DNA of 64,000 nucleotides. It comes from Candidatus Bathyarchaeota archaeon (lineage in GTDB: Archaea > Thermoproteota > Bathyarchaeia > Bathyarchaeales > Bathycorpusculaceae). The first letter of the stretch is position 1. Every line of letters starts with the position of its first letter. Made by a program: the position numbers and the translations under genes. Shown in pieces: positions 54,112 to 63,720 of this stretch. Under the pieces are notes generated by a model. The model saw nothing but the letters and a program-made list of their open reading frames with translations. It had not been told where the DNA came from and made no database searches. The DNA is taken from contig CAVTBV010000012.1 in assembly GCA_963733095.1 (NCBI GenBank), positions 96,001 through 160,000 of the forward strand, read 5' to 3'.

Positions 54112-54324
54112 TTGAACGCAAAAATAGGTTTGATAGCAGCTTTAATTGTAACAGCCGTTATTGGAGTGTATGGCATAGAATTGGGCATTCGTGCGTCAAA
54201 CGGCAGTGAACGCCCTGAAATCCTAGCTATCGTGCTAATAGTACTTGTATTGTTGTTTTTTATTAATATGATATTATTAGCTAAGCATCAAAAAACGAAC
54301 AAAGGGAAATCTTTTGAAGCATGA
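54112..54324 (+). CDS. Small two-TM protein
   Basis: Probable TTG start at 54112; two hydrophobic helices. Confidence 0.5.
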   Translation: MNAKIGLIAALIVTAVIGVYGIELGIRASNGSERPEILAIVLIVLVLLFFINMILLAKHQKTNKGKSFEA

Positions 54325-55225
54325 CTTAAGTAAGGATAAGGAGTAAGTTGCGCTAAAACCTACTACGATGAAACGCCATCACTACAACCTCAATAATAGC
54401 AACAAGAACAATCGCCAACCATTTATATTGTGACTTTTAATTGAAGCATGTTTCCTAATTCTTGAAAACTCTTAATCAAATGTCTTGGCAAACATAAAGC
54501 CCAGCTGCAAAATAAAAAAAGACCTTAAAAAGAAATTCATTGGCTTAGCTATTTACATAGCCTTGCTTTTAGAAGTGGTGTCTGGTTTCGCTGACAAGAT
54601 TCCCATTAGTAAAGCAAATAGACCATAAAACTAACCAGTTTATTCTTGCCAGTTTAGTTATGGTGTTTTTCTTGGTGACAATTTTCTATGTTCTTACCGC
54701 CTTAGGCATTCTCTAAAATCGCGTTTAAAACATCTAAAAAACATTCACACTGACTTAACCATTTCTGAAAAAGAAAAGAGGTTTTTTGGCTGTTAACAGT
54801 ATGAATGTTCTTCTAGAGAAGCGTGTTTCTTAAAGGTCGACAGAAGAAAAAGGGGGTTGTACGAGTGAAATTTAAGTTTAGTTTGAAAACAATCATGACT
54901 TTATACCACATTCCGTGTCAAAGGGAATCTGTCGACCGGTTAGGTAAAGAAAGGGAAAAAACATTCGTTGCCCAAGAACCAAAATTATACTAATCAAAGA
55001 AGCCCTAAGACAGAGAAAATGATTCAATTTGACTTATCAGCCTATAGTTAACAACCTGCCCAAAACATCAGAAAGAGCGGTCAAAGCAGTTTCACCAACG
55101 TATTCCCACACTTAAAATCAAAACAAGCCAGCGTGCTTTGTTCTGCTAATTAATTTTCAGAACGATTCGAATCGTCATAACGTTCAAATAGTTTCTTGAG
55201 AACATTGTTTTTTGGTAGTTTTGAC

Positions 55226-55516
55226 TTGAAAGTTTGTAAATTGAACGGGATGAAAGTAATTACATCTGATGCTTTCACTCTTGGAGAAGTGGAGAATTCC
55301 GACGCTGACACAATCGCGTGGCATATAAATTATCTACAAGTAGAACTGACCAAAGAAGCTTCTGATGCGCTTGGATTGAAAAAACCTCTGCTGGGTGCAA
55401 TAACAGTATCTTTACCTACAAATTTCGTTAGGAACATCGGCGATGTCATAACGGTCTACAAGACTCTTGAAGAATTGAAAAATCTCAAGGAATACAAAAG
55501 CGAGCAAAAAAGCTAA
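55226..55516 (+). CDS. PRC-barrel domain protein
   Basis: LNGMKVITSDAFTLGEV..DT..WHI..L.V, V.NIGDVI.V. Confidence 0.8.
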   Translation: MKVCKLNGMKVITSDAFTLGEVENSDADTIAWHINYLQVELTKEASDALGLKKPLLGAITVSLPTNFVRNIGDVITVYKTLEELKNLKEYKSEQKS

Positions 55517-55535
55517 TCACTAAACTACGGTTTTT

Positions 55536-55834
55536 TTACTCTGACCTATCAAAATTTAAACAACAAACCAGAGAGTTCCTATGTACAAGTTTTGCAGGTG
55601 GGCACTTAACAAGCATTCTTCTGAAGCATTTAGGATCAACTACTCTTGGAAAAGGGTGTTTGAGATTTTTGCTGTTATTCCAGCTAGCAGCTATCATTTG
55701 AGCTCTAGCAATAAGAATATCTGCAATCATGATTACAACCGCTACCATAAACATCAAAGGCGAAGTGAATAGGCGCACCTTTCTACTTCTTTCTTTTGAG
55801 GATTCAGGGCTGATAAGTAAGTTGAGTAGGACAT
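55536..55834 (-). pseudogene. Radical SAM (SplB-like) N-terminal remnant
   Basis: Across two frameshifts: MSYSTYLSALNPQKKEVERCAYSLRL/DVYGSGCNHDCRYSY/ARAQMI; CxxxCxxC with the third Cys replaced by Ser. Confidence 0.6.
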
Positions 55835-56103
55835 TTTGTTCTCTGCTTATTAGATTAGTCTATGTATAAACTATTTTTATAAAATTGTTGACCTCTCAAT
55901 TGCTTTAGTGCACATAAGTCATAGTTAATCAAATCCAAGAGGGAAAGGGAACCACTTTAATGGTGCGTTTCCATCCCAAAATGCTAAATGTTAATGGCTT
56001 TAGAGAAATAAATGCTTGGCATGTTCGGTGAGTACAGTTTTAAATCTACGTTTTCGTTGAGCTCAACTTTCCGACGTACTCTTTCAGTGTGAAAAGCTCT
56101 GAC

Positions 56104-56463
56104 TTAATTTTGGTTATCAGGTTTTTCGGGGGATCTCAATTGCTTTCTTATTATGACAAAAAGCGCAAAAAAGAGCACACCTGCTGTGACGCCTGAAGTG
56201 ATGCCCATGATGTACAATGCCTCCCACGCCGGCATAGATGTGCTAAGGTACTTGAAAGAACCTATGAGTATGAACAAGGAAGCTGAACCAATAAATGAAA
56301 TCCCCAGAGCCATCAAGACACTGCCAATTATGCTTATGATTAGAAGTCTTTTGAGGCGGTTCTTTACAGTAGCCTCCGTTTCATTCAAGTATTCTTTAAG
56401 GATGGCTTTTATCTCGCTTAGAATAGCTCCAATTATTTCCCTTAACGAAATTTTTTCTGACAT
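56104..56463 (-). CDS. YhjD/holin-like two-TM membrane protein
   Basis: Amphipathic N-terminal helix and two TM helices separated by 'MPAW.A'. Confidence 0.6.
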   Translation of the reverse strand: MSEKISLREIIGAILSEIKAILKEYLNETEATVKNRLKRLLIISIIGSVLMALGISFIGSASLFILIGSFKYLSTSMPAWEALYIMGITSGVTAGVLFFALFVIIRKQLRSPEKPDNQN

Positions 56464-56588
56464 CTAATAATTACGCCTCTTCCAAAAAACAGATCTACCG
56501 AAACCAATCGTGTTATTCGAACACGCTAGCTAAGTAAAAGTGTTTCAAAATTCTCGTATCTAGTTTAGCTTAGTGTCTATTTTAAGAT

Positions 56589-56612
56589 TGTGACTGTGTG
56601 ACTGCAACAACG
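56589..56612. promoter_or_regulatory. Shared 24-bp operator, site A (serves divergent promoters)
   Basis: Minus strand CGTTGTTGC-AGTCAC-ACAGTCACA-AT-CTTAAAA; plus side followed by TGAG-TTTAAT. Confidence 0.7.
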
Positions 56613-56664
56613 TGAGTTTAATAGTCTCTGTAATTACCCCTTACTTGTTTGGAGTTGCTGATTT

Positions 56665-56991
56665 TTGGGCGCGATAGACCAAGTTATTAATTTTATTACT
56701 TCTGGAAGCGTCGGCGGTATTCCACCATTAATTTTGATGATTATTCCATTTGTTATCGGACTTATCGTGGGCTATCTAGTACACAAGATGCTGAAGATCG
56801 CGATTATAGCGGCCATTATACTGGTCGTAGTTGCTTACTTTGGGTTTTTCGGTTTAAGTCTTGGCGCCTTGAAAGGCATTGCAGACACATATGGTCCTAT
56901 AGCAATTCAATATGGAGTACTTCTCATGGGTATACTACCGCTTGGTTTAGGACTAATAGTTGGTTTTGTAATCGGATTCATATTATCGTAA
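56665..56991 (+). CDS. FUN14-like membrane protein
   Basis: FVIGLIVGYLVHKMLKIAI..YFGF and C-terminal GLIVGFVIGF. Confidence 0.7.
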   Translation: MGAIDQVINFITSGSVGGIPPLILMIIPFVIGLIVGYLVHKMLKIAIIAAIILVVVAYFGFFGLSLGALKGIADTYGPIAIQYGVLLMGILPLGLGLIVGFVIGFILS

Positions 56992-57335
56992 TCAAGTATT
57001 CCATCTTTGTTGTAAGCTACTGAAATAGGAGTAGAGGAGGTTTGAGACTATTTCATGCGTATACTATTTGTGGGAACCTAACAAAAAAAGTATTTCTACA
57101 AAAAAGCTAAAAGACAACAACACAACCAACTCCTGTAACTGCACTCAACCGGACAAATATTTGTCGGATACCCATTTAATTCCCAAGGTCAAAATAGATT
57201 TGAACTAAAGAAAAAGTTGTACAAAATGCTGGTAATATTTGACTGAAAAGTAATACTGAAGAATGTTCTGTAGAGTTTATAAAATTTAGAATGCCATTTC
57301 TGTCATTATCCTTTTGAATATCATTGCGCCGTGCT

Positions 57336-57860
57336 TCATTCTGGTTTCAACTTCAAATTCCTAAGTGTATCCGCTCGAATGACGCGTAAACCCGTTAAAG
57401 GGTCGTGAAGAGCTATGCCGTTTATAATATTGTGGCTGAAAGCAAGGAGTTTATTTCCCAAATAGAATCGATTGATTAACGCTTTGTTGTCTAGTTGAGA
57501 GGTAAATCGGTTGCCACAAACCATCCCTACTTCTGATTCCTTCTCTAGAATTTTAATCATCTCAGGAACATATTTGGCAGGGTAAGTGAAATTAGCATCT
57601 GTGAGTACAATGTAGTCTGAATTGCCATTTGTTTGCTTTGGCGCCTTCGAGATAGCATCTCCCTTTCCCACTCCGTCTTGAAAAGCAATATCCACGCCTA
57701 GATTCTTTGCGATCTATAGTCCTATCGTTGCTATGTCCGTCAACAACTATAATGTGCGGTGAATCAAGATTATCTTTAAGCCCCGTTATTGTAAGTCCAA
57801 TTACGTCTTCTTCATTTAAAGCCGCGATTACTATGGTAGAGCGCGGATAGTTTAGCTGTT
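57336..57860 (-). pseudogene. Glycosyltransferase family 2 remnant
   Basis: IVIAALNEE..IVVDGHSNDRT, frameshift, then GKGDA..LTDANFTYP..VCGNRF..DPLTGLR; truncated. Confidence 0.8.
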
Positions 57861-58153
57861 TTTCAAAGTGATCTCTATAAACTGCAAATTACTTAGTTCA
57901 TTCAACAATTTCGTTTCTTTACTACTTAATCATACTCTTCACTTTTCAGGTGCTTTAAGGTTGACTTTGATAAGTGTGTCAAACAATTAGTCCCGCACGC
58001 ATCAAAAAACCTGGGGTGGAGCGTACGCCTATTCCATTAACCTGTTTGTTATAGCCCTTTAGGACATGTTTAACTATATGGCGAAAGGTTAAAATTCACC
58101 GTAATCTGTCTTTCGGTATTCTCTTTTGTATTAGATTTACTTCAAAGGGTGGG

Positions 58154-58843
58154 GTGAAAATGCCGAAGTTAAAACAGTTCACAAGAAAGAGACTGAAAAA
58201 ATTCGATGGAAAAGATGGAAAACCTGCATACATTGCCTATAAAGGATTAGTCTTTGATGTTTCAGATAGCCGTCTCTGGACTGGTGGGGTGCATCAAGGT
58301 CATCATTCAGCCGGAGATGAATTTGCTAAAGGAATGGAAAATGCACCTCACGGCAAAGAAGTACTCGTGAAGTTGAGCGTTGCTGGTGAACTGGTAGTAG
58401 ATGAATCTTGGAAGTATAGACTTGTGCAAAGGATGCTTGGGTTTCACCTTCACCCTATTTTTGTTCATTTCTCTATAGCGTATTCTATTCTCGTCCCTTT
58501 ATTGACTCTCATGTATCTGTTTACGGGTGAAATCTGTTTTGACTCGGCAGCGTACTTTTTACTTATTTTTGGATTATTGGCGGCTGCATTTGCAGGAGGC
58601 TCTGGTCTTTTCAGTTGGAAATTTAATTATCATAGTTGGCTGAGCAAAATTTTTTCCAAAAAAATAGCATTTACTGCTATTTTGATAGCTGTTTCCACAG
58701 TTTGTTTTGTTTGGAGAACCATAGACCTCAACATACTCATAGCAAGGACAGATTTAGTCTACATTTATGTAGCATTGGTAGTCAGCTTTATACCAATAGT
58801 TGCAATTATTGGATATTATGGAGGAGAAATAGTCCACGCTTAA
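58154..58843 (+). CDS. Cytochrome b5-like heme/steroid-binding domain fused to DUF2231-like TM domain
   Basis: FDGKDGKPAYIAYKG.VFDVS..W..G.HQG.H.AG; HPIFVHF followed by four TM helices. Confidence 0.85.
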   Translation: MKMPKLKQFTRKRLKKFDGKDGKPAYIAYKGLVFDVSDSRLWTGGVHQGHHSAGDEFAKGMENAPHGKEVLVKLSVAGELVVDESWKYRLVQRMLGFHLHPIFVHFSIAYSILVPLLTLMYLFTGEICFDSAAYFLLIFGLLAAAFAGGSGLFSWKFNYHSWLSKIFSKKIAFTAILIAVSTVCFVWRTIDLNILIARTDLVYIYVALVVSFIPIVAIIGYYGGEIVHA

Positions 58844-58868
58844 GGCTTAGACTCTAAGGGGATATCAT

Positions 58869-59105
58869 GTGTCGAAGAAACCAAAAGAAATGGCAGAAAT
58901 GGGTGAAATAATAGCTATCGCCATAGCCCGGGAACAAGCTTCAATCAAATTTTACACAGAAGCCTTTGTTAAAACAAAAGCAGAAGATTATCGCAGAATA
59001 TTTTTACATCTTATAGAACAAGAGGAAGAACATGAGGCTAAGCTAAAAGCACTGCTTAATGAAATCAAAGCGGAAATTGAAATGCGCCTAAGAAAATCAA
59101 AATAG
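58869..59105 (+). CDS. Half-ferritin/rubrerythrin-like protein
   Basis: AIAREQASIKFY ... F..L.EQEEEH. Confidence 0.75.
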   Translation: MSKKPKEMAEMGEIIAIAIAREQASIKFYTEAFVKTKAEDYRRIFLHLIEQEEEHEAKLKALLNEIKAEIEMRLRKSK

Positions 59106-59246
59106 TACGCGCGGATAAATCACTTTTCCAAGTAGAATATCTATAATTGTTTGGAAAAAAAAACCAAATTTTTATTCTTGTTACATAAGTAACTTCTAAT
59201 CTCTTATTTTAAGATGTATTTCTATGCTTGAGATTTGGGAAAAATT

Positions 59247-59625
59247 TTAGGATGACTGTAGTTTTATGATACCTTCTGTAAGGGTTCCCGTTTTGTCAGA
59301 GCAAAGCACGTTCATACTGCCGAAGTTCTCAATGGATGTGAGCCGCTTAACAATCACCTTTTGAGTTGCCATTATCTTGGCTCCGTGAGCTAAGTTAATA
59401 CTAATAATAGATGGCAATAACTGAGGTGTAAGACCAACTGCGAGAGCTAAAGAAAAGAGAAGAGAATCCAGTACAGAACGTGCAAAATACACGTTTATAG
59501 CTAAGGTGACAACAACCAGCACCAGGTTACTTCCATGAGGAGATAACCAAAATGCGGGACTCCAAGTTCAAACTCTGTTTCAGGCGGTCTGAGTTTTAGG
59601 CGTGCAGAGACTTTGCCGAACTCTG
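59247..59625 (-). pseudogene. Mg2+-translocating P-type ATPase (MgtA-like) internal fragment
   Basis: FSLALAVGLTPQLLP, IENFGSMNVLCSDKTGTLT; upstream TEFGKVS..PETEFE in another frame. Confidence 0.85.
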
Positions 59626-59719
59626 TTTGTAACCGAAACAGATATATTAATAAAAACCCGATGATTTCGTTAGGTCAATCGATATGTTTTGATAACCCTA
59701 TTATTAATGCCGTGATTCT

Positions 59720-60238
59720 TTGGGAAAACGTGTTTTTGACATTGTGGATTCTTTAAGATTAGGAATTATGCAGTTGACCAGGCATAGAGAGCGGCGAGAA
59801 ATTAACATCGACGTGTTTGCTAATCCTGAGAAGTACTCACTACGGTTGCCAATAGAAAAAATCGTCGCCGACACAAAAGTCGATCCGGAAGCCATAGAGA
59901 TGTACAAGAAGAAGATCGAAAACGGGGAGAAAATTGAACCATTAATCGTTGTTAAGCATCCAAAATTTGATGTATATGCAGTTTTAGATGGGCATCACAG
60001 GTATTACGCTCTTTTAGAAGTAGGAAAGAAAGAAGTTGATTGTGCCTTGGCCGGAGATTTCTCTAGTCTAATGTTTTACATGACTGAACACGGTTATTTT
60101 CAACCAAGACCGCAAACCAAAGAAGAAAATCAAAAAAAGATTATCCATTTACACGAAAATGTCCAAGATTTTCTTCAGAATTTTCTGAAAGACCCAAACA
60201 AATTACAAAAGCCCAAGAGAGAAAACCAACCAGTATGA
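59720..60238 (+). CDS. ParB/Sulfiredoxin N-terminal domain protein
   Basis: IEPLIVV..YAVLDGHHRY.A. Confidence 0.8.
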   Translation: MGKRVFDIVDSLRLGIMQLTRHRERREINIDVFANPEKYSLRLPIEKIVADTKVDPEAIEMYKKKIENGEKIEPLIVVKHPKFDVYAVLDGHHRYYALLEVGKKEVDCALAGDFSSLMFYMTEHGYFQPRPQTKEENQKKIIHLHENVQDFLQNFLKDPNKLQKPKRENQPV

Positions 60239-60387
60239 TGGTTAGTTCAGAATTTTGAACCCCTAAAAAATATGACTTTGGGAGTAACCGGGAAAAAAAT
60301 TGTAATGACGACTCTATGGAGTGAATGTTTACAAAAAAGTTGGGAAGCCGCCTGTTGACGCAGCTGGCTGATTTGTTTGGCTTCTGG

Positions 60388-60546
60388 TTATATTCTGCGT
60401 CCCGTAAGGAGTCGATAAAGTATTATGATGACAGCTATGACAAGCAGTACCCATATGATGGTGCCAAGGTTGAAGATGAAAAAGCCTAGAAGCCACAGTA
60501 AGACAAGGATCACAGCAACTATGAAAAGAAAATCAAGTGCGCGCAT
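60388..60546 (-). CDS. Lmo0937/DUF5670-family small membrane protein, 52 aa
   Basis: MRALDFLFIVAVILVLLWLLGFFIFNLGTIIWVLLVIAVIIILYRLLTGRRI*; missed by the ORF track. Confidence 0.8.
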   Translation of the reverse strand: MRALDFLFIVAVILVLLWLLGFFIFNLGTIIWVLLVIAVIIILYRLLTGRRI

Positions 60547-60592
60547 TTTCAAAAACTCAATTACCCTTAACTCGCCAGCCTATTTTAAGATG

Positions 60593-60616
60593 TGTGACTG
60601 TGATTAAACAGTAACA
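60593..60616 (-). promoter_or_regulatory. Shared 24-bp operator, site B
   Basis: TGTTACTGT-TTAATC-ACAGTCACA-CAT-CTTAAAA upstream of the Lmo0937-like gene. Confidence 0.78.
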
Positions 60617-60647
60617 GTTGCCTAACTTTTTACTTCAACTATCCATT

Positions 60648-60671
60648 TGTAGCCACAGCCTCACAGTCACA
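60648..60671 (+). promoter_or_regulatory. Shared 24-bp operator, site C
   Basis: TGTAGCCAC-AGCCTC-ACAGTCACA-TACA-CTTAAA. Confidence 0.7.
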
Positions 60672-60836
60672 TACACTTAAACCAACCAAGGACTAGCTAT
60701 AAGAAAGGAACAGACATGTGGATGGACAATAGATTGTATTAATAGTTGCACAAGACAACCTGCACATGTACCTAAAACCAGTAACAATAGCTTAGATCTG
60801 CAAAATTTTAGCGTATTTTGGGAGGTGTAACAAATT

Positions 60837-61034
60837 ATGTCAGAGCAAAAAATAGATGTCAAAGAACAGATACAGAAGATGGGTGCGAAATGGAGTGAAT
60901 TCCAGGAGACTTGGGTTTCTCACTTCAAAGATATGGAAGTTGATGTGTTAGAATGGAATTTTGGTGTTGGAAAAACCGGCGAAGACACTATCTTTGAAAT
61001 GAAAGCTAAGGTCGCTGTAAGACAAAAGAAGTAG
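60837..61034 (+). CDS. Small hypothetical protein
   Basis: 65-aa ORF with strong SD GGAGGTG. Confidence 0.7.
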   Translation: MSEQKIDVKEQIQKMGAKWSEFQETWVSHFKDMEVDVLEWNFGVGKTGEDTIFEMKAKVAVRQKK

Positions 61035-61173
61035 TGTTTTTTAACACATTTAGGGTAAATCAACACCCTATTTCGTTAAGACCAGGACTCATTTTGCAGT
61101 TGTTGATTTAACCCTTCTTTTATTTGATGATTTTATAAATTTTAATCACTAAAATCTCTGTGTTGGGTGCATA

Positions 61174-61671
61174 TTGTTAACTAAAGATATAAAAAAAACA
61201 AATGAAGAAATAGAAAAAATAGCACAAAGGATTTTGCTAGAGCTTGAATCCGCAAGTTCCACAGATTTATCTGACGCCCGTTATGCCAAAATGATGTTAC
61301 GTTTGTCAGATGCCAATTACGCAAAAGGAGTACTGCAAGAGATGGACGGAAATAAATCTGGAGCAGAAAATGAGTTAGAGAAAAGAGCAGTGATAAAGGT
61401 TCTGTTGTTTTCTACGTGGGTGCAGCGACTTTATTTTATAATAAGGTCTTTTCTCATGGGGCTCATAAGTGCTGGAGTTACATATCTTATCATATGGTAT
61501 CTTGGTTCAATAAATGTTATTGGAAGCATAATAATCGGCACGTTTGTGTTTGTATTTTCCCTGGCTATAACAAGATTATTCGATACTCAAATAACGCAAG
61601 CTACAAAAAAGATAGTTGAACTCATGTCTAGTCATAGAGCCATTAGAGATTTTATCATGAAACACTTCTAA
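61174..61671 (+). CDS. Two-TM hypothetical protein
   Basis: Helical N-terminus and two TM helices. Confidence 0.65.
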   Translation: MLTKDIKKTNEEIEKIAQRILLELESASSTDLSDARYAKMMLRLSDANYAKGVLQEMDGNKSGAENELEKRAVIKVLLFSTWVQRLYFIIRSFLMGLISAGVTYLIIWYLGSINVIGSIIIGTFVFVFSLAITRLFDTQITQATKKIVELMSSHRAIRDFIMKHF

Positions 61672-61710
61672 CTCAAGAGAGCGACAGTCAAATAGTGTCA
61701 CCACCCTCTT

Positions 61711-61734
61711 TGTTGCTGTAGGTTAATAGTCACA
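61711..61734 (+). promoter_or_regulatory. Shared 24-bp operator, site F (no intact gene downstream)
   Basis: TGTTGCTGT-AGGTTA-ATAGTCACA-TACG-CCTAAT. Confidence 0.65.
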
Positions 61735-62015
61735 TACGCCTAATTTCTCTACTAACTTTGATTAAAGTAAGTTGTTTGATAATAACGACAGCTTTAAGAA
61801 GTTTCGAACCATCAGTAGACTTTGTAGGCAGAAGCATTATTCTAATTTCAAAAAAGTTACGCATAATCCTCAATTTAGGAATGTTGTAATAGATAGTCCT
61901 CTCAGTGAAAAAAACATTTTATCCAAAACCCCATTTGGGGGAGCACCTAAATTACCTTTATATTCTTAAAATAGCCCAATTATAATTGACCAGTCAGAAG
62001 ACGGCGGTTGTTCTC

Positions 62016-62936
62016 ATGAATCTTTCTACCCATATAATGTTTGGCATACTAGTTGGAGCCTTACTCTTTGGCAGACCAGAAATAGCGCTAATGGTTGGCG
62101 TCGGCGCTACAATTCCTGATTTAGACAGAGAATATGGGTTTTTCAGCAAGGAGTCCTTTCGACGCCGACAAATACACCGTGCATTATTCCACAATTTTTT
62201 GTTTATCGGCATAGTCTATTTGATAAACCCGTTTTTTGGCATAGGTGCCTTTCTTCACTCATTTTTAGATTCATTCACAACAACAAGGGACCGAGGCGTC
62301 GAATGGCTATACCCATTTTCAAGAATTGTAACTAAGGCGGTTTATGATTCGGAGGGCAACAAATTGCCGCTTGATCCAAAACACAGAATCTACTTTCTTT
62401 CAAATGATCTGCCTGGACTGACACGAAGAACTACAAAAGATATTAAACCTGGCGAAGTACCCGTGCCAAATAGAAGAACTTATGGTCCGGCGCTTTCAGG
62501 AAAGTTTCTTGATAGGTGCATCTTTTTTGGATCCATAGCTCTTGTGTTGCTTATGCTTCTTTTTTCTGCTATTGGCTTAAAACAATTCATCGATTTGAGC
62601 GGGCATAATATACCCCTTTCCTTTACAATTCCCCTGCTAATTGGCTCAATAGGAATCTTCCTAAATTTTATTGTCGGCGAACTTGACAGAAAGAAACTAT
62701 TTAAGACCAAGACAGATAGACCCTACAAATTTTCGTTTGTGCTGTCCGCTGGAATTATTATTTCTGCGGTAGTTCTCGGGGGGATAATAAATCCAGAAGC
62801 TGTATCCACTACACTAAGCATAATGCCATACATCGCTGTTGGAATAGTTGTTATTGTTTTCGTATCGTTGGGGGTATTGTTCTATTCTACTCGAGGTTTT
62901 TCAGCTGAAAGCAAAAAAGAGCCACTAATCGTGTAA
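62016..62936 (+). CDS. YdjM-like metal-dependent membrane hydrolase
   Basis: TH..FG, IPDLD, HRALFHN, H..LD..T, GV.WLYPF. Confidence 0.85.
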   Translation: MNLSTHIMFGILVGALLFGRPEIALMVGVGATIPDLDREYGFFSKESFRRRQIHRALFHNFLFIGIVYLINPFFGIGAFLHSFLDSFTTTRDRGVEWLYPFSRIVTKAVYDSEGNKLPLDPKHRIYFLSNDLPGLTRRTTKDIKPGEVPVPNRRTYGPALSGKFLDRCIFFGSIALVLLMLLFSAIGLKQFIDLSGHNIPLSFTIPLLIGSIGIFLNFIVGELDRKKLFKTKTDRPYKFSFVLSAGIIISAVVLGGIINPEAVSTTLSIMPYIAVGIVVIVFVSLGVLFYSTRGFSAESKKEPLIV

Positions 62937-62998
62937 CCAACCTTCATTTTCGCTCAACGAATGCATATTTGGCGTGCAAACCTCTGATAAACAGTGCA

Positions 62999-63022
62999 AG
63001 TTGCTGTGGCTTCACAGTCACA
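62999..63022 (+). promoter_or_regulatory. Shared 24-bp operator, site D
   Basis: AGTTGCTGT-GGCTTC-ACAGTCACA-TAAT-CTTAAG. Confidence 0.78.
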
Positions 63023-63068
63023 TAATCTTAAGTCTACAAGCGAAGGCTTAGTGATAGAGATGAATTGA

Positions 63069-63206
63069 ATGTCAGAAAACAAGAAAAAAATTGAAAGTAG
63101 CGCCGAAAAAACTGGAGAAGCAATCGGTGCAGGCGTTAAGAAAAGTGCTAAAGCCGTAAACGACTTTGGAAAGGGAATAAAAAAAGGAATCAAGAAAGAA
63201 GAATAA
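63069..63206 (+). CDS. 45-aa hydrophilic amphipathic protein (CsbD/LEA-like composition)
   Basis: MSENKKKIESSAEKTGEAIGAGVKKSAKAVNDFGKGIKKGIKKEE*; missed by the ORF track. Confidence 0.7.
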   Translation: MSENKKKIESSAEKTGEAIGAGVKKSAKAVNDFGKGIKKGIKKEE

Positions 63207-63306
63207 AACGCAAATTCGCTTTCTCACACAGCAAAACGAAGCATAGTTATTTTTTGTAAATTCAGCGACTAAGTCAAAAACTGAATTTCCTAACTTCACA
63301 CCGCTT

Positions 63307-63330
63307 TGCTGCTGTTGGGATACAGCTACA
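63307..63330 (+). promoter_or_regulatory. Shared 24-bp operator, site G
   Basis: TGCTGCTGT-TGGGAT-ACAGCTACA-AGGG-TTTAAT. Confidence 0.7.
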
Positions 63331-63382
63331 AGGGTTTAATAGCCCTTTATACTGACTGGGTTTAACTGTGGAGTTGCTAATT

Positions 63383-63484
63383 TTGGCTATTTTAGATGAC
63401 ATATTTCAGTTCATTACTTCTGGAAGCATAAGCGAGATACCAACTATCGTTGCCTCAAAATGCTTCCATCTGTATTTCAGATAA
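63383..63484 (+). pseudogene. Truncated paralog of the FUN14-like gene at 56665
   Basis: Same leader GGAGTTGCT.ATTTT and start MAILDDIFQFITSGSISEIP versus MGAIDQVINFITSGSVGGIP; stops after 33 codons. Confidence 0.7.
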
Positions 63485-63625
63485 GCCCCATAAACACTTT
63501 TTCAGTAGCAATTTTACTCTCTTAGCATGTTGAAACCCAAAATTATTACAAAACAACTATTTTGAATTCCCATATTCTTTCTTTATGGAAGGTGGATTGA
63601 TTGATGTAAAACACGAGCGCTAGAA

Positions 63626-63649
63626 TGTTGCTGTGTTTTCACAGTCACA
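63626..63649 (+). promoter_or_regulatory. Shared 24-bp operator, site E
   Basis: TGTTGCTGT-GTTTTC-ACAGTCACA-CAGG-CTTAAC. Confidence 0.78.
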
Positions 63650-63720
63650 CAGGCTTAACTCTGCCAACGACCATTTGTAAGGTAGAATAGATTAAGAGCT
63701 AGAAGGAGTGATAGATATTT

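Noticed and set aside
60425-60607. 60-aa plus-strand ORF and the 62954-63299 minus-strand ORFs
   Set aside because: Antisense shadows of the real small genes at 60388-60546 and 63069-63206
56580-63660. CACAGTCACA copies as a CRISPR-like or MITE repeat
   Set aside because: Irregular spacing, both orientations and a consistent position next to TATA boxes fit operators better
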